A DNA stretch of 64,000 nucleotides from an uncultured delta proteobacterium (GCA_963815115.1 CAWFFN010000009.1:1280001-1344000), one strand, 5' to 3'. Shown: positions 8,965 to 19,551, numbered from the stretch's first letter. Numbers and translations are program-made. The notes: generated from the letters alone by a model not told the origin.

Positions 8965-10382
8965 CCGGAACGGCCGAGCGCCTGGGTGCCGAGGTCGCCT
9001 TCGGACTGGACGAGGTGCTGGCGGCCACGCGCGGCGAGCTGGTCCGGCTCGGCGACCGCGTCGCCTTCCCCGGGGTCACGACCGATACGCGCGCGATCCG
9101 TGCCGGCGAGCTGTTCGTCGCCATCCGCGGCGCCACGCACGACGGCCATCGCTACCTCGCCGAGGCGGCGCGCCGCGGTGCGGGCGCGGTCGTGAGCGAG
9201 CGCGCCGAGGCCGAGGAGCCGCTTGCCTGCACCGTCGTGGCGGTGCGCGACACGCTCGCCGCGCTCGGCGATCTCGCGGCGTTCCATCGCCGGCGCCAGC
9301 GCGCGCGCGTGCTCGCCGTCGCCGGCAGCAACGGCAAGACGACCACCAAGGAGATGGCGGCGGCCATCCTCCGCCACGCGCTCGGGCCGGACGCCGTCCT
9401 CCACACCCGGGGGACGCAGAACAATCTCGTCGGCCTGCCCCTCACGCTGCTGCGGCTGGGACCCGCCCACGCCGTCGCGGTGCTGGAGCTCGGCATGAAC
9501 GGTCCGGGCGAGGTGTGGCGGCTCGCCGAGATCGCCGAGCCCGACGCCGGCGTGATCACCTGTGTCGCACCCGAGCACCTGGAGGGCGTCGGCTCGCTGC
9601 ACGGGGCCGCCGAGGCCGAGGCGGAGCTCTTCCGGCGGCTACGGCCCTCGGCGACGGCGGTGGTGAACGCCGACGATCCCCTGGTGGTTGCCGGCGCGAC
9701 CGGCTTCCCGGGCCGCGTGCTGCGCTTCGGCAGCGGAGCCGAGGTGCGGGCGGACGACGTCGTCGATCTCGGGCTCGACGGCAGCACGTTCCGTCTCTGC
9801 GTCGGGACGGAGGCGATACCGGTGCGGCTCCCGATCCCCGGGCGCCACAACGTCGGCAACGCGCTCGCCGCAACGGCGCTGACTTCCCTCGCGGGCGCCT
9901 CGCTGACCGACGTGCGGGACGCCCTGGCGACCTTCGAGGGGCCCAGCATGCGCATGCAGGTCGAGCGGCTCGCGAGTGGAGTGACCGTGATCAACGACGC
10001 CTACAACGCGAATCCCGCCTCCATGGCGGCGGCGCTCCAGACCCTCGCCGCCAGCGCGGCGGAGCGCCGGCTGGCGGTGCTGGGAGAGATGCGCGAGCTC
10101 GGCGACGAGACCGAGGCGGCACACGAGCAGCTCGGGCGGACCGCGGCGGCAGCCGGCCTCGACGCCCTGCTGGTCGTCGGCTCCCATGCCGGTCTGGTGC
10201 GGCAGGGGGCGATCGCGGCCGGGATGCCCGCCGACCGGATCACCATCGCCGCCGATCAGGGCGAGGCGGCGGAGCGCCTGAAGACGGAGTGCCGCGCCGG
10301 CGACCTCGTGCTCCTGAAGGCGTCGCGTGGCGCGGCGCTCGAATCCGTGCTGCGCCATCTCGCCGGCGAGGGCGCGGCGTGA
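8961..10382 (+). CDS. murF: UDP-MurNAc-pentapeptide synthetase
   Basis: GSNGKTTTKEM, NNLVGLPLTLL, ELGMN, INDAYNANPASM, LGEMRELG, KASRG. Confidence 0.95.
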   Translation: MTGTAERLGAEVAFGLDEVLAATRGELVRLGDRVAFPGVTTDTRAIRAGELFVAIRGATHDGHRYLAEAARRGAGAVVSERAEAEEPLACTVVAVRDTLAALGDLAAFHRRRQRARVLAVAGSNGKTTTKEMAAAILRHALGPDAVLHTRGTQNNLVGLPLTLLRLGPAHAVAVLELGMNGPGEVWRLAEIAEPDAGVITCVAPEHLEGVGSLHGAAEAEAELFRRLRPSATAVVNADDPLVVAGATGFPGRVLRFGSGAEVRADDVVDLGLDGSTFRLCVGTEAIPVRLPIPGRHNVGNALAATALTSLAGASLTDVRDALATFEGPSMRMQVERLASGVTVINDAYNANPASMAAALQTLAASAAERRLAVLGEMRELGDETEAAHEQLGRTAAAAGLDALLVVGSHAGLVRQGAIAAGMPADRITIAADQGEAAERLKTECRAGDLVLLKASRGAALESVLRHLAGEGAA

Positions 10383-11458
10383 TGCTCGCCATGCTCCTGT
10401 ACGACCTTCGCGCCCAGTGGGCGCCGCTTCACGTCTTCAAGTACATCACCTTCCGCACCCTGGTGGCCGGGCTCGTGGCGCTCTGCCTGTCGCTGCTCCT
10501 GGGGCCGCCCATGATTCGCCGGCTGGCGGCCCTGCAGATCGGGCAGTCGATCCGCGACGACGGTCCGGCCGCGCACCAGAGCAAGCGCGGCACGCCGACC
10601 ATGGGCGGCATGCTGATCCTCTTCGCCCTCGCCCTCACCACGCTGCTCCTGGCCGACGTGGGGGAGATCTACGTCTGGATCGCGCTCGGAGTGACGCTCC
10701 TGCACGGGCTGATCGGCTTTCTCGACGACTGGGCCAAGGTCCGGCGGCGGAGCTCGAAGGGGGTGCCCGGCCGCGTTCGGCTCGGCAGCGAGCTGCTCAT
10801 CGGCGCGGTCGCCGCGGCCGTGATCTACGCCTGGTCGGAGCAGGGCGGGCACCTCACGATGCCGTTCTTCAAGAACCTACGGCCGGATCTCGGGCTCTGG
10901 TACATCCCGTTCGGCGCCGTGGTCATCGCCGGTACCGCCAACGCCGTGAACCTCACCGACGGGCTCGACGGCCTGGCCATCGGCCCGGTGATGATCGCGG
11001 CCGCGACCTACGCCATCTTCTCCTACGCCGCCGGCAACGTGCGCTTCGCGGAGTACCTGCAGATTCCCTACGTGCGCGGTGCGGGCGAGCTGGCCGTCTT
11101 CTGCGGAGCGCTGGTTGCGGCCGGCCTCGGGTTCCTCTGGTTCAACGCCTATCCGGCCCAGATGTTCATGGGCGACGTGGGCTCCCTCGCGCTCGGCGCC
11201 GCGCTCGGCACGGTGGCGCTGATCACCCGGCAGGAGCTGGTGCTGTTCATCGCGGGCGGCGTCTTCGTGGTCGAGACCCTGTCGGTGATCGGACAGGTGG
11301 TGTCCTTCCGGCTGCGTCGCAAGCGAATCTTCCGCATGGCGCCGATCCACCACCACTTCGAGCTCCTCGGCTGGCCGGAGCCGCAGATCATCGTCCGCTT
11401 CTGGATCGTGGCCATCGTGTGCGCGCTCCTGGCGCTGTCCACCTTGAAGCTCCGCTGA
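10382..11458 (+). CDS. mraY: Phospho-MurNAc-pentapeptide transferase
   Basis: KRGTPTMGG, NAVNLTDGLDGLA, PAQMFMGDVGSL, MAPIHHHFE. Confidence 0.97.
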   Translation: MLAMLLYDLRAQWAPLHVFKYITFRTLVAGLVALCLSLLLGPPMIRRLAALQIGQSIRDDGPAAHQSKRGTPTMGGMLILFALALTTLLLADVGEIYVWIALGVTLLHGLIGFLDDWAKVRRRSSKGVPGRVRLGSELLIGAVAAAVIYAWSEQGGHLTMPFFKNLRPDLGLWYIPFGAVVIAGTANAVNLTDGLDGLAIGPVMIAAATYAIFSYAAGNVRFAEYLQIPYVRGAGELAVFCGALVAAGLGFLWFNAYPAQMFMGDVGSLALGAALGTVALITRQELVLFIAGGVFVVETLSVIGQVVSFRLRRKRIFRMAPIHHHFELLGWPEPQIIVRFWIVAIVCALLALSTLKLR

Positions 11459-12792
11459 TGGATCTGCCGCGACGCGCTCTCGTGATCGGGTTCGGCCGGA
11501 CGGGCAAGGCGGTGGCCCGCCTGCTCGCCGATCGCGGCGTGGCGCTCCGGGTCGCCGATGGCCGGGCCGCCGCCGAGCTCGGGATCGACCCGGCCGACTG
11601 GCCGGGAGTCGATCTCCGCCTCGGCGACGAGTCGCCCGCGCTGCTCGACGGCGTCGAGCTCGTGGTGCCGAGTCCGGGCGTTCCTCGCGCGGCGCCGCTG
11701 CTGGCCGAGGCGGTGCGCCGCGGGATCGCCGTGCGTGCCGAGGTCGAGGTGGCCTTCCGCCTCCTCGATTGCCCGCTGATCGGCATCACCGGGACCAACG
11801 GCAAGAGCACGACGACGACCCTCGTCGGCCATGCGCTCGCCCGCGCGGGCCGGCGCATCTTCGTCGGCGGCAACCTCGGCAAACCGCTCGTGCTCGCGGT
11901 CGCCGATGCGCCGGAGATCGCCGTGGCGGAGGTGTCGTCGTTTCAGCTCGAGTGGGTCGAGCGCTTCCGGCCGCACATCGGGTGCCTGCTGAACGTGACC
12001 CCCGATCATCTCGACCGGCACGCCGATTTCGCCGAGTACCGCGAGGCGAAGGCCCGTCTGTTCGCCGTCCAGGGTCCGGAAGACTGGGCGGTGCTGAACC
12101 GCGACGACCCCGAGTGCGCCGGGCTCGCCCCACGTCTGGCGGCACGGGTCGTGACGGTCGGCACGAGGGCGGTGGAGACGGGAGCCATGCTCGACGGCGG
12201 CGTCGTCGTGCTGCGCCTGCCCGGCGCCGCCGAGGAGCGCTATCCCCTGGCCCGCACCCACCTCGCCGGCCGGCACAACGTCGACAACATCCTGGCGGCG
12301 GTCGCGGTCGCGCGGCTCGCCGGCGCCCCGCCGGCCGCGGTGCAGGACGCCATCGACGAGGTCGAGCCGCTGCCGCATCGACTCGCGCTGGTGGCGGAGC
12401 GGCACGGCGTCCGCTGGTACGACGATTCGAAGGCGACCAACGTCGGCGCCACCGTGAAGAGCCTCGAGTCGTTCATGGGGCCCGTGGTGCTGCTGGCGGG
12501 AGGGATCGACAAGGGCGGCGACTACGCACCGCTCGCCCGGGCGGCGCGCGGCCGGGTGCGTCGGGCGCTGGTCTTCGGGGTGGGGCGCGAGCGGCTGGCC
12601 AGCGCGCTCGAGGCGGGTGACGTGGCCGTCGAGCGCGTGGCGGATCTCTCCGCCGCCGTGGCGACGGCGGCGACGACGGCGCGGCCGGGCGACGTGGTGC
12701 TGCTCGCCCCGGCCTGTGCGAGCTTCGACATGTTCACCGACTACGCGGCCCGAGGCCGGGCGTTCCGCGCCGCGGTGGAGGCACTCCGATGA
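11458..12792 (+). CDS. murD: UDP-MurNAc-L-Ala:D-Glu ligase
   Basis: SPGVP, GITGTNGKSTTT, EVSSFQLE, DHLDRH, DDSKATN, PACASFDMF. Confidence 0.96.
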   Translation: MDLPRRALVIGFGRTGKAVARLLADRGVALRVADGRAAAELGIDPADWPGVDLRLGDESPALLDGVELVVPSPGVPRAAPLLAEAVRRGIAVRAEVEVAFRLLDCPLIGITGTNGKSTTTTLVGHALARAGRRIFVGGNLGKPLVLAVADAPEIAVAEVSSFQLEWVERFRPHIGCLLNVTPDHLDRHADFAEYREAKARLFAVQGPEDWAVLNRDDPECAGLAPRLAARVVTVGTRAVETGAMLDGGVVVLRLPGAAEERYPLARTHLAGRHNVDNILAAVAVARLAGAPPAAVQDAIDEVEPLPHRLALVAERHGVRWYDDSKATNVGATVKSLESFMGPVVLLAGGIDKGGDYAPLARAARGRVRRALVFGVGRERLASALEAGDVAVERVADLSAAVATAATTARPGDVVLLAPACASFDMFTDYAARGRAFRAAVEALR

Positions 12793-13964
12793 CGGGCAGC
12801 GAGGCGCTCGACGCCGCTCTCGAGCCGCGGCCGCTGTTCCGCGGCCCGCTCACCAACCAGCGGCCGCGCATCGTGCGCTCCTTCGGGAGCGATCCCTGGC
12901 TGGTCCTGGCGGTCGGAGCGCTCGTCTCGCTCGGTACGGTGATGGTCTTCAACGTCAGCTATTTCCCCGGTGGCGACGACTTCGGCGACCCGCTGCACTT
13001 CTTCCGCAAGCACCTGGTGTCGATCGCCATCGGCTTCGGGCTCTGTCTCCTCACCACACGGCTCGGCTCCGAGCGCTACCGCGCGCTCGCCTACCCGCTC
13101 CTCGCCGTCGCCGTGCTCGCCATGGCGGTGGTCCTGATCCCCGGCATCGGTGTCACCCGCAGCGGCGCGCGGCGCTGGCTCGCCCTGGGAGGCCTCACCT
13201 TCCAGCCCAGCGAGCTCGGCAAGTTCGCGCTCGTGCTCTACCTGGCGCGCTCCCTGGCGAAGCGCGGGGAACGCGTGCGCGAGCTCTGGCACGGCATGAT
13301 CCCGCACTGCCTGGTGGTGGGGCTGATCGCGCTGCTCTGCCTGCGCGAGCCCGATTTCGGGACGGCCGCGCTGAGCGGCGTCATCCTGGTGATGATGCTC
13401 TTCGCCGCCGGCGGACGGCTGGCGCACCTCGCCATCTTCGCCGCCGCCGCCGCGCCCGGCCTCGTCGCCCTCGCGGTGATGGCTCCGTACCGCTTCAGGC
13501 GGCTGAGCTCCTTCCTCGATTGCACGCGCGATGCGCTGGGCGACGGCTTCCAGCTCTGCCAGGCACTGATCGCCTTCGGCTCGGGTGGCGTGTCCGGGGT
13601 GGGGCTCGGGCAGGGCCAGCAGAAGATGTATTTCCTGCCGGCCGCGCACACCGACTTCATCTTCTCGGTCATCGGCGAGGAGCTCGGCCTGGTCGGCGCG
13701 GCGGCAGTGCTGACGCTGTTCGCCGTGGTCGCGGCCCGCGGGCTGCGCATCGCCGCCCGGCACCCCGACGCGTTCGGCGGTCTGCTCGCCTTCGGACTCA
13801 CCGTGCTCATCGTGGTGCAGGGGCTGCTCAACTTCGGGGTCGCCCTGGGCGTGCTGCCCACCAAGGGGCTCACGCTTCCCTTCGTCTCCTACGGCGGCTC
13901 GGCGATGATGGTGTCGCTCGCCGAGCTCGGCGTGCTCCTGGCGCTCGCCCGCGAATCGGGATGA
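12789..13964 (+). CDS. ftsW: SEDS peptidoglycan polymerase FtsW
   Basis: GARRW, FQPSELGK, PDFGT, LPAAHTDFIFSVIGEELG, KGLTLPFVSYGGS. Confidence 0.95.
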   Translation: MTGSEALDAALEPRPLFRGPLTNQRPRIVRSFGSDPWLVLAVGALVSLGTVMVFNVSYFPGGDDFGDPLHFFRKHLVSIAIGFGLCLLTTRLGSERYRALAYPLLAVAVLAMAVVLIPGIGVTRSGARRWLALGGLTFQPSELGKFALVLYLARSLAKRGERVRELWHGMIPHCLVVGLIALLCLREPDFGTAALSGVILVMMLFAAGGRLAHLAIFAAAAAPGLVALAVMAPYRFRRLSSFLDCTRDALGDGFQLCQALIAFGSGGVSGVGLGQGQQKMYFLPAAHTDFIFSVIGEELGLVGAAAVLTLFAVVAARGLRIAARHPDAFGGLLAFGLTVLIVVQGLLNFGVALGVLPTKGLTLPFVSYGGSAMMVSLAELGVLLALARESG

Positions 13965-15052
13965 ACGATGCGGGCGTCGACGTCCTGATCGCCGGCGGCG
14001 GGACCGGCGGGCACGTCTTCCCCGCCCTCGCCCTGGGCACCGAGCTGGCCGCGAGGGGGCTCGGCATCGCCTTCGTCGGCAGCCCGGGTGGCCTCGAGGC
14101 GCGCCTGGTGCCCGCGGCCGGCCAGCCGCTCCACCTGATCCCGGGCCGTCAGGTGCGGGGCGGCGGGATGCGCGGCGCCGCGGCGGGAGCCGTCGCGCTC
14201 TCCCGCGGACTCGGCAGCGCGCTCCGGGTGCTGCGGCGGCTGCGCCCGCGCCTCGTCGTCGGGGTCGGCGGCTACGCATCGGTCGCCGGCGTGCTGGCGG
14301 CCCGCCTCCGCCGCGTGCCGGTCGTACTCCTCGAGCAGAATGCCATCCCCGGAGCGGCCAACCGGGCGCTCGGGCGCATCGCCGAACGGATCTGCGTGGG
14401 CTTCGCCGACGCCTGCGGGTACTTTCCCGGGGGCAGGGCCGTGTACACCGGAAACCCGGTGCGGCCGGCCGTGCTGGCGGCACCCGCCCAGGTCCGTCGG
14501 GAGGGCGCCGGCCTCCTGGTGTTCGGTGGCAGCCAGGGGGCGCATCATCTGAACGAGGCCGCGGTCGCCGCCCTGGAGGACCTCGGGCCGGCGTCCCGGA
14601 CGCTTCGCATCACCCACCAGACCGGGGAGGCCGATCGGGCGTGGGTCGCCGACGCCTACGGCCGGCTCGGCCTCGATGCCCGGGTCGAGGCGTTCGTGGA
14701 CGACATGGGGTCGGCCTATGCCGCCGCCGACCTGGTGATCGCCCGGGCGGGCGCCATGAGCTGCGCCGAGATCACCGCCGTCGGGTTGCCGGCCGTGCTG
14801 GTCCCGTATCCCTTCGCCGCCGACGACCACCAGCGCCGCAACGGCGAGATCCTCGCCGCGGCCGGTGCCGCCCGCCTGATCCTCGATCGGGAGCTCGATG
14901 GGCCGCGGCTCGCCTCGGTGCTCCGTCCCCTCTTGGACGACCCCGCCACACGGGCCGAGATGGCCGCGCGCTCGCGTGCGTTCGGCCGGCCGCAGGCCGC
15001 GGCGCACGTCGCCCGGGTCTGCGCGGAGGTTCTCGAGCGCAGGTCTACTTGA
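13961..15052 (+). CDS. murG: Lipid II GlcNAc transferase
   Basis: GGGTGGHVFPALA, GGYAS, EQNAIPG, TGNPVR, GGSQGA, DHQRRN. Confidence 0.96.
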   Translation: MNDAGVDVLIAGGGTGGHVFPALALGTELAARGLGIAFVGSPGGLEARLVPAAGQPLHLIPGRQVRGGGMRGAAAGAVALSRGLGSALRVLRRLRPRLVVGVGGYASVAGVLAARLRRVPVVLLEQNAIPGAANRALGRIAERICVGFADACGYFPGGRAVYTGNPVRPAVLAAPAQVRREGAGLLVFGGSQGAHHLNEAAVAALEDLGPASRTLRITHQTGEADRAWVADAYGRLGLDARVEAFVDDMGSAYAAADLVIARAGAMSCAEITAVGLPAVLVPYPFAADDHQRRNGEILAAAGAARLILDRELDGPRLASVLRPLLDDPATRAEMAARSRAFGRPQAAAHVARVCAEVLERRST

Positions 15053-15146
15053 AGATCGCACGCTGCTTCTGTAAGTCCATCGCATTGTGGCTGGGCAGGT
15101 TGGGTGGACCGGATGGCCGCTCAGAGCGCTGCACGGAGTCACCGCT

Positions 15147-16547
15147 GTGAACGGACCGAAGCGGCGGGTGCACTTCGTCGGAATCGGCGGCATCGGAATG
15201 AGCGGCATCGCCGAGGTGCTGCTCACGCTCGGCTACAGCGTGTCGGGCTCCGACGTTCTGGAGAGCGAGACCGCGCGGCGACTCGAACGACTCGGCGCGC
15301 GCCTCCACATCGGCATCCACCACGCGGACAACGTCGACGAGAGCGTCGACGTCATCGTCATCTCCTCCGCGGTGACGTTCTCGAACCCGGAGGTGGTGCG
15401 GGCGCGCGATCTGAAGATCCCGGTGATTCCGCGCGCCGAGATGCTGGCCGAGCTGATGCGCATGAAGCACGGCATCGCCATCGCCGGCACCCACGGCAAG
15501 ACCACGACGACGTCCCTCGTCGGCACCGTGCTGCGCGAAGCCGGACGCGATCCCACCGTGGTGGTGGGCGGCAAGCTGCGCGCGCTCGGCACCAACGCGC
15601 GACTCGGACAGGGCGAGTACCTGGTCGCCGAGGCCGACGAGAGCGACGGCTCGTTCCTGCTCCTGTCGCCGATCATCGCCGTCGTCACCAACATCGATCC
15701 CGAGCATCTCGATCACTTCGGTGACATGGAGAAGGTGCGCGCGGCGTATCTCCAGTTCATCCAGCGTGTTCCCTTCTACGGTCTCGCCGTGCTGTGCGTC
15801 GACAACGTCAACGTGCGCGCGCTGCTGCCGTACGTGAACAAGCGCTTCGTCACCTACGGCACGTCGGCCGACGCCGACTGGCAGGCGCGCGAGCTGCGGG
15901 TGGAAGAGCTGGAAACCGTCTTCGAGGTCTGGCGCGCCGGGGAGCGCCTCGGTGTCGTGCGGCTGCACATGCCGGGCCGGCACCACGCCCTGAACGCGCT
16001 CGCCGCCATCGCGGTGGCCGACGACCTCGGCATTCCGTGGCGGCTCGCGGCGCATGCCCTCGAGGACTTCGGCGGCATCCATCGTCGCTTCGAGGTCCGC
16101 GGCGAGGAGCATGGCATCCTCGTGGTCGACGACTACGGCCATCACCCGGTGGAGATCCGGGCCACGCTGCGCGCCGCCCGCGAGGGCTTTGCGCGCCGGC
16201 TCGTGGTGGCATTCCAGCCGCACCGGTTCTCCCGCACGCGCGACCTCTTCGACGACTTCCTCGGCGCCTTCGACGACGCGGACCTCCTGCTGCTCACGGA
16301 GATCTACCCGGCCGGCGAGACGCCGGTCCCCGGCGTGACCGGCGACGCGCTCCACCAGGCGCTCAAGCGCCGCGGCCACCTCGACGTGCGCTGGGTGGCG
16401 GGGCGGGAGCGCCTCGCCGACGCCCTCCTCGAGCTCGTCCGTCCCGGCGACCTCGTGATCGTGCTCGGCGCCGGCGACATCTCCCGCACGGCGGACGAGT
16501 TCCTCGCCATGCTCCGGACCGGCGTCGGCATCCCGCAGATCCACTGA
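15147..16547 (+). CDS. murC: UDP-MurNAc:L-Ala ligase
   Basis: HFVGIGGIGMSGIA, GTHGKTTTTS, EADESDGSF, DDYGHHP, FQPHRFSRT; GTG start after GGAG. Confidence 0.96.
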   Translation: MNGPKRRVHFVGIGGIGMSGIAEVLLTLGYSVSGSDVLESETARRLERLGARLHIGIHHADNVDESVDVIVISSAVTFSNPEVVRARDLKIPVIPRAEMLAELMRMKHGIAIAGTHGKTTTTSLVGTVLREAGRDPTVVVGGKLRALGTNARLGQGEYLVAEADESDGSFLLLSPIIAVVTNIDPEHLDHFGDMEKVRAAYLQFIQRVPFYGLAVLCVDNVNVRALLPYVNKRFVTYGTSADADWQARELRVEELETVFEVWRAGERLGVVRLHMPGRHHALNALAAIAVADDLGIPWRLAAHALEDFGGIHRRFEVRGEEHGILVVDDYGHHPVEIRATLRAAREGFARRLVVAFQPHRFSRTRDLFDDFLGAFDDADLLLLTEIYPAGETPVPGVTGDALHQALKRRGHLDVRWVAGRERLADALLELVRPGDLVIVLGAGDISRTADEFLAMLRTGVGIPQIH

Positions 16548-16548
16548 C

Positions 16549-17457
16549 ATGTCGGTCGCCACCCTGCACCAGCGCCTCATCCGCGTCCTCGGCGACCGGG
16601 TGCGGGCCGGCGAGCCGCTCGCGCGCCATACCTCGTATCGCATCGGGGGCCCGGCCGATCTGCTGGCGCGTCCCGACTCGGTCGAGGAGCTCGGCAGCGT
16701 GCTGCGCGAGGCGAGCGCGGCCGGAGTGCGCGTCACGCTCCTCGGCGGCGGCTCGAACGTGCTCGTCGGCGACGGCGGCATGCGAGGCGTGGTGGTGAAG
16801 CTCGGTCGCGGCTTCCGCCGCGTCGAATGGAAGCCGGACGCGGTCCGCGCCGGCGCCGCCGTCCAGCTCGGCAGGCTCGCGCGCGAGAGCACGGCGCGCG
16901 GGCTCGCAGGTCTCGAGCACGCCGAGGGCATCCCGGGCACGGTGGGCGGAGCGCTCTTCATGAACGCCGGCGCCTACGGCGGGGAGGTGGCGAACGTCGC
17001 GGAAGCCGTCGACGGGCTCGACGCGAACGGCGACCCGCTGCGGCTGGGACGGGACGCTCTCGCGTTCACCTATCGCCGCGCCCACCTGCCCGCGGGCTTC
17101 GTGGTGACGGCGGTGACGTTCGGGCTGCGGCCCGATCAGCCGGACGCGGTGCGTGTGCGCCTGGAGGCGGTCCGCGCCCGGCGCGTCTCGAGTCAGCCCC
17201 AGGGACAGCCGAACGCCGGCTCGATCTTCAAGAACCCACCCGGCGCTCACGCCGGACGGCTGATCGAGGACGCCGGGCTGAAGGGCCGGCGGGTGGGCGG
17301 AGCGCGCTTCTCGGAGCGGCACGCGAACTTCATCGTGAACGACGGCCGGGCACGTGCGACGGACGTGCAGGTCCTGATGGCGATCGCCCAGCGGGCGGTG
17401 TGGGAGCGGAGCGGGGTATGGCTGGAGCCCGAGGTGCGGCTCGTCGGAAGCTGGTAG
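16549..17457 (+). CDS. murB: UDP-GlcNAc-enolpyruvate reductase
   Basis: RIGGPAD, GGGSNVL, GIPGTVGGALFMNAGAYG, AGSIFKNP, HANFIVN, LEPEV. Confidence 0.96.
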   Translation: MSVATLHQRLIRVLGDRVRAGEPLARHTSYRIGGPADLLARPDSVEELGSVLREASAAGVRVTLLGGGSNVLVGDGGMRGVVVKLGRGFRRVEWKPDAVRAGAAVQLGRLARESTARGLAGLEHAEGIPGTVGGALFMNAGAYGGEVANVAEAVDGLDANGDPLRLGRDALAFTYRRAHLPAGFVVTAVTFGLRPDQPDAVRVRLEAVRARRVSSQPQGQPNAGSIFKNPPGAHAGRLIEDAGLKGRRVGGARFSERHANFIVNDGRARATDVQVLMAIAQRAVWERSGVWLEPEVRLVGSW

Positions 17458-18314
17458 GCCGCCGCTTCCGCCGCCGTAATCGGGCCCGTCGGACGCGCCG
17501 GCTGCCGCGGGTGCCGTGGAAGGCGCTGCGGCTCGTCGGGTTGCTCGTCGCCCTGGCCGTCGCCGTGCCGCCGCTCCTGCGGACGGTGCGCAGCCACCCG
17601 TACTTCGCGCTGCGCGACGTCGTCATCCGCCACCACGGGCGGCTGCCGACGGCGGACCTGCGCGCCGCGCTCGGCTTCGCACCGGGGGACAACATCTGGA
17701 CGATCGATCTCGGGGCCGCCGAGGGGCGCCTGCGGTCGCTCGCGTGGGTGCGCTCCGTTTCCCTGCGCCGCGAGCTGCCCGACCGCGTCGTGGTGCGCGT
17801 GCGCGAGTACCGGCCGGCGGCGATCGTCGCCGTCGACGATCAGCCGCCCGAGCTCTTCTACGTCGCGGCCAACGGGCGCATCTTCGCGCCCGTCGGCGTC
17901 ACCGACGGGCGCGACCTGCCATACATCACGGGCCTCACGCGGGCGGATCTCGATGGCCGGCAGGGCTTCGGTCCCCGCGGCGTGCACCGGGCCCTGGGAT
18001 TGCTCCGTCTCGTCGGGCGCGAGCCGGGCGGGATCGGCCCCGTGTCCGAGGTGCACGTCTCCAACGACCACGGCATGACGCTCCTTCCGGTGCGACCGCC
18101 CATTCCCATCGTGCTCGGGTGGGGTGGGCTGCCCCGAAAGCTGGATCGGCTCGGCCGGGTGCTGCCGCTGTGGACCGGACGGGCGGCCGACGTGCGAGAG
18201 GTGAGCTGCATCTTCGAGGACCAGGTGATCGTGCGGATGCGCGCACCGCTGGCCCCGGAGACCCCCAAACCCGGGGGGACTCCGGGACGCCGCAAGCGCG
18301 CAGCGAGGGCGTGA
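17451..18314 (+). CDS. ftsQ: Cell division protein FtsQ/DivIB (start uncertain)
   Basis: Basic N-tail, one TM segment, POTRA-like WVRSVSLRRELPDRVVVRVRE, and LPYITG; lies between murB and ftsA. Confidence 0.85.
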   Translation: MVGRRFRRRNRARRTRRLPRVPWKALRLVGLLVALAVAVPPLLRTVRSHPYFALRDVVIRHHGRLPTADLRAALGFAPGDNIWTIDLGAAEGRLRSLAWVRSVSLRRELPDRVVVRVREYRPAAIVAVDDQPPELFYVAANGRIFAPVGVTDGRDLPYITGLTRADLDGRQGFGPRGVHRALGLLRLVGREPGGIGPVSEVHVSNDHGMTLLPVRPPIPIVLGWGGLPRKLDRLGRVLPLWTGRAADVREVSCIFEDQVIVRMRAPLAPETPKPGGTPGRRKRAARA

Positions 18315-18318
18315 GAGA

Positions 18319-19551
18319 ATGGCCAGGCGAAATCCGCTCGTGGTGGGCCTCGACGTGGGCACCTTCAAGGTCGGTGTCGTCGTTGCCGAGGTCGGCGAGC
18401 ACGGCATCGAGATCACGGGCATCGGCACCCAGGCTTCGACGGGACTCAAGAAGGGGACGGTGATCAACATCGACGCCACCGTGACGGCCATCCGCAAGGC
18501 CGTCGACGAGGCGGAGCTGATGGCCGGATGCGAGATACGCAGCGTCGTGGCAGGCTCGGCCGGCAGTCACATCAAGGGCTTCAACAGCCACGGGGTGGTC
18601 GCCGTGAAGAGCCGCGAGGTGGCGCAGGGCGACGTCGAGCGGGTGCACGAGGCCGCGCGGGCGATCGCGCTCCCCGTGGACCGCGAGGTCCTCCATGTCC
18701 TGGCGCAGGAGTTCATCGTCGACGATCAGGGCGGGGTGAAGGAGCCCATCGGGATGGCCGGGGTGCGGCTCGAGGCGCGCGTGCACATCGTGACCGGCTC
18801 CATCAGCTCGGGGCAGAACCTGATCAAGTGCTGCAACCGTGCCGGCCTGCACGTCCTGGACGTCCTCGGGAGTCCGCTCGCCGCCGCCGAGGCGGTGCTC
18901 ACGCCCGAGGAGCGCGAGCTGGGAGTGGCGCTGGTCGAGATCGGGGCGGGGACGACGTCCATGGTGGTCTTCCAGGGCGGCTCCATCCGTCACACCGCGG
19001 TCCTGCCGGTCGGCGGGGGCCACGTGACCAACGACCTCGCGGCCGCGCTGCGCACGCCGTTCGCCGAGGCCGAGCGCCTCAAGCAGCGGTGCGGCTCGGC
19101 GCTGGCGTTCGCCGCCGCCGCCGACCTCTCCGTGGAGGTCGCGGGCATCGGCGGGCGGCCGCCGCACAAGCTGTCGCAGCGTGCGCTCGCCGAGGTGATC
19201 GAGCCGCGATGCGAGGAGGTCCTCGCGCTGGTGCGCAGCGAGATCGAGCGGGCGGGAATGGCGGGTCATCTCACCTCCGGCGTCGTGCTCACCGGCGGCG
19301 GCGCGGTGCTCGGCGGCATGACGGACCTCGCGGAGCGCGTGTTTCGCACTCCGGCGCGCCTCGGTCTGCCGCTTCATCTCAGCGGTTTGGTTGACGTCGT
19401 TGCGAGTCCCATGTATTCGACTGCTGTCGGCCTCGTGCTGCACGGACTCAAGCGGCACGGACGCATGACGGCGCAAGAAGATTGGTCGGGGCTCGGCCCG
19501 CTCGAACGGGCACGGCACCGGGTGGTGAGCTGGCTGCGGGAGTTCTTCTGA
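18319..19551 (+). CDS. ftsA: Cell division protein FtsA
   Basis: [39 protein letters not shown]-terminal amphipathic WLREFF. Confidence 0.96.
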   Translation: MARRNPLVVGLDVGTFKVGVVVAEVGEHGIEITGIGTQASTGLKKGTVINIDATVTAIRKAVDEAELMAGCEIRSVVAGSAGSHIKGFNSHGVVAVKSREVAQGDVERVHEAARAIALPVDREVLHVLAQEFIVDDQGGVKEPIGMAGVRLEARVHIVTGSISSGQNLIKCCNRAGLHVLDVLGSPLAAAEAVLTPEERELGVALVEIGAGTTSMVVFQGGSIRHTAVLPVGGGHVTNDLAAALRTPFAEAERLKQRCGSALAFAAAADLSVEVAGIGGRPPHKLSQRALAEVIEPRCEEVLALVRSEIERAGMAGHLTSGVVLTGGGAVLGGMTDLAERVFRTPARLGLPLHLSGLVDVVASPMYSTAVGLVLHGLKRHGRMTAQEDWSGLGPLERARHRVVSWLREFF

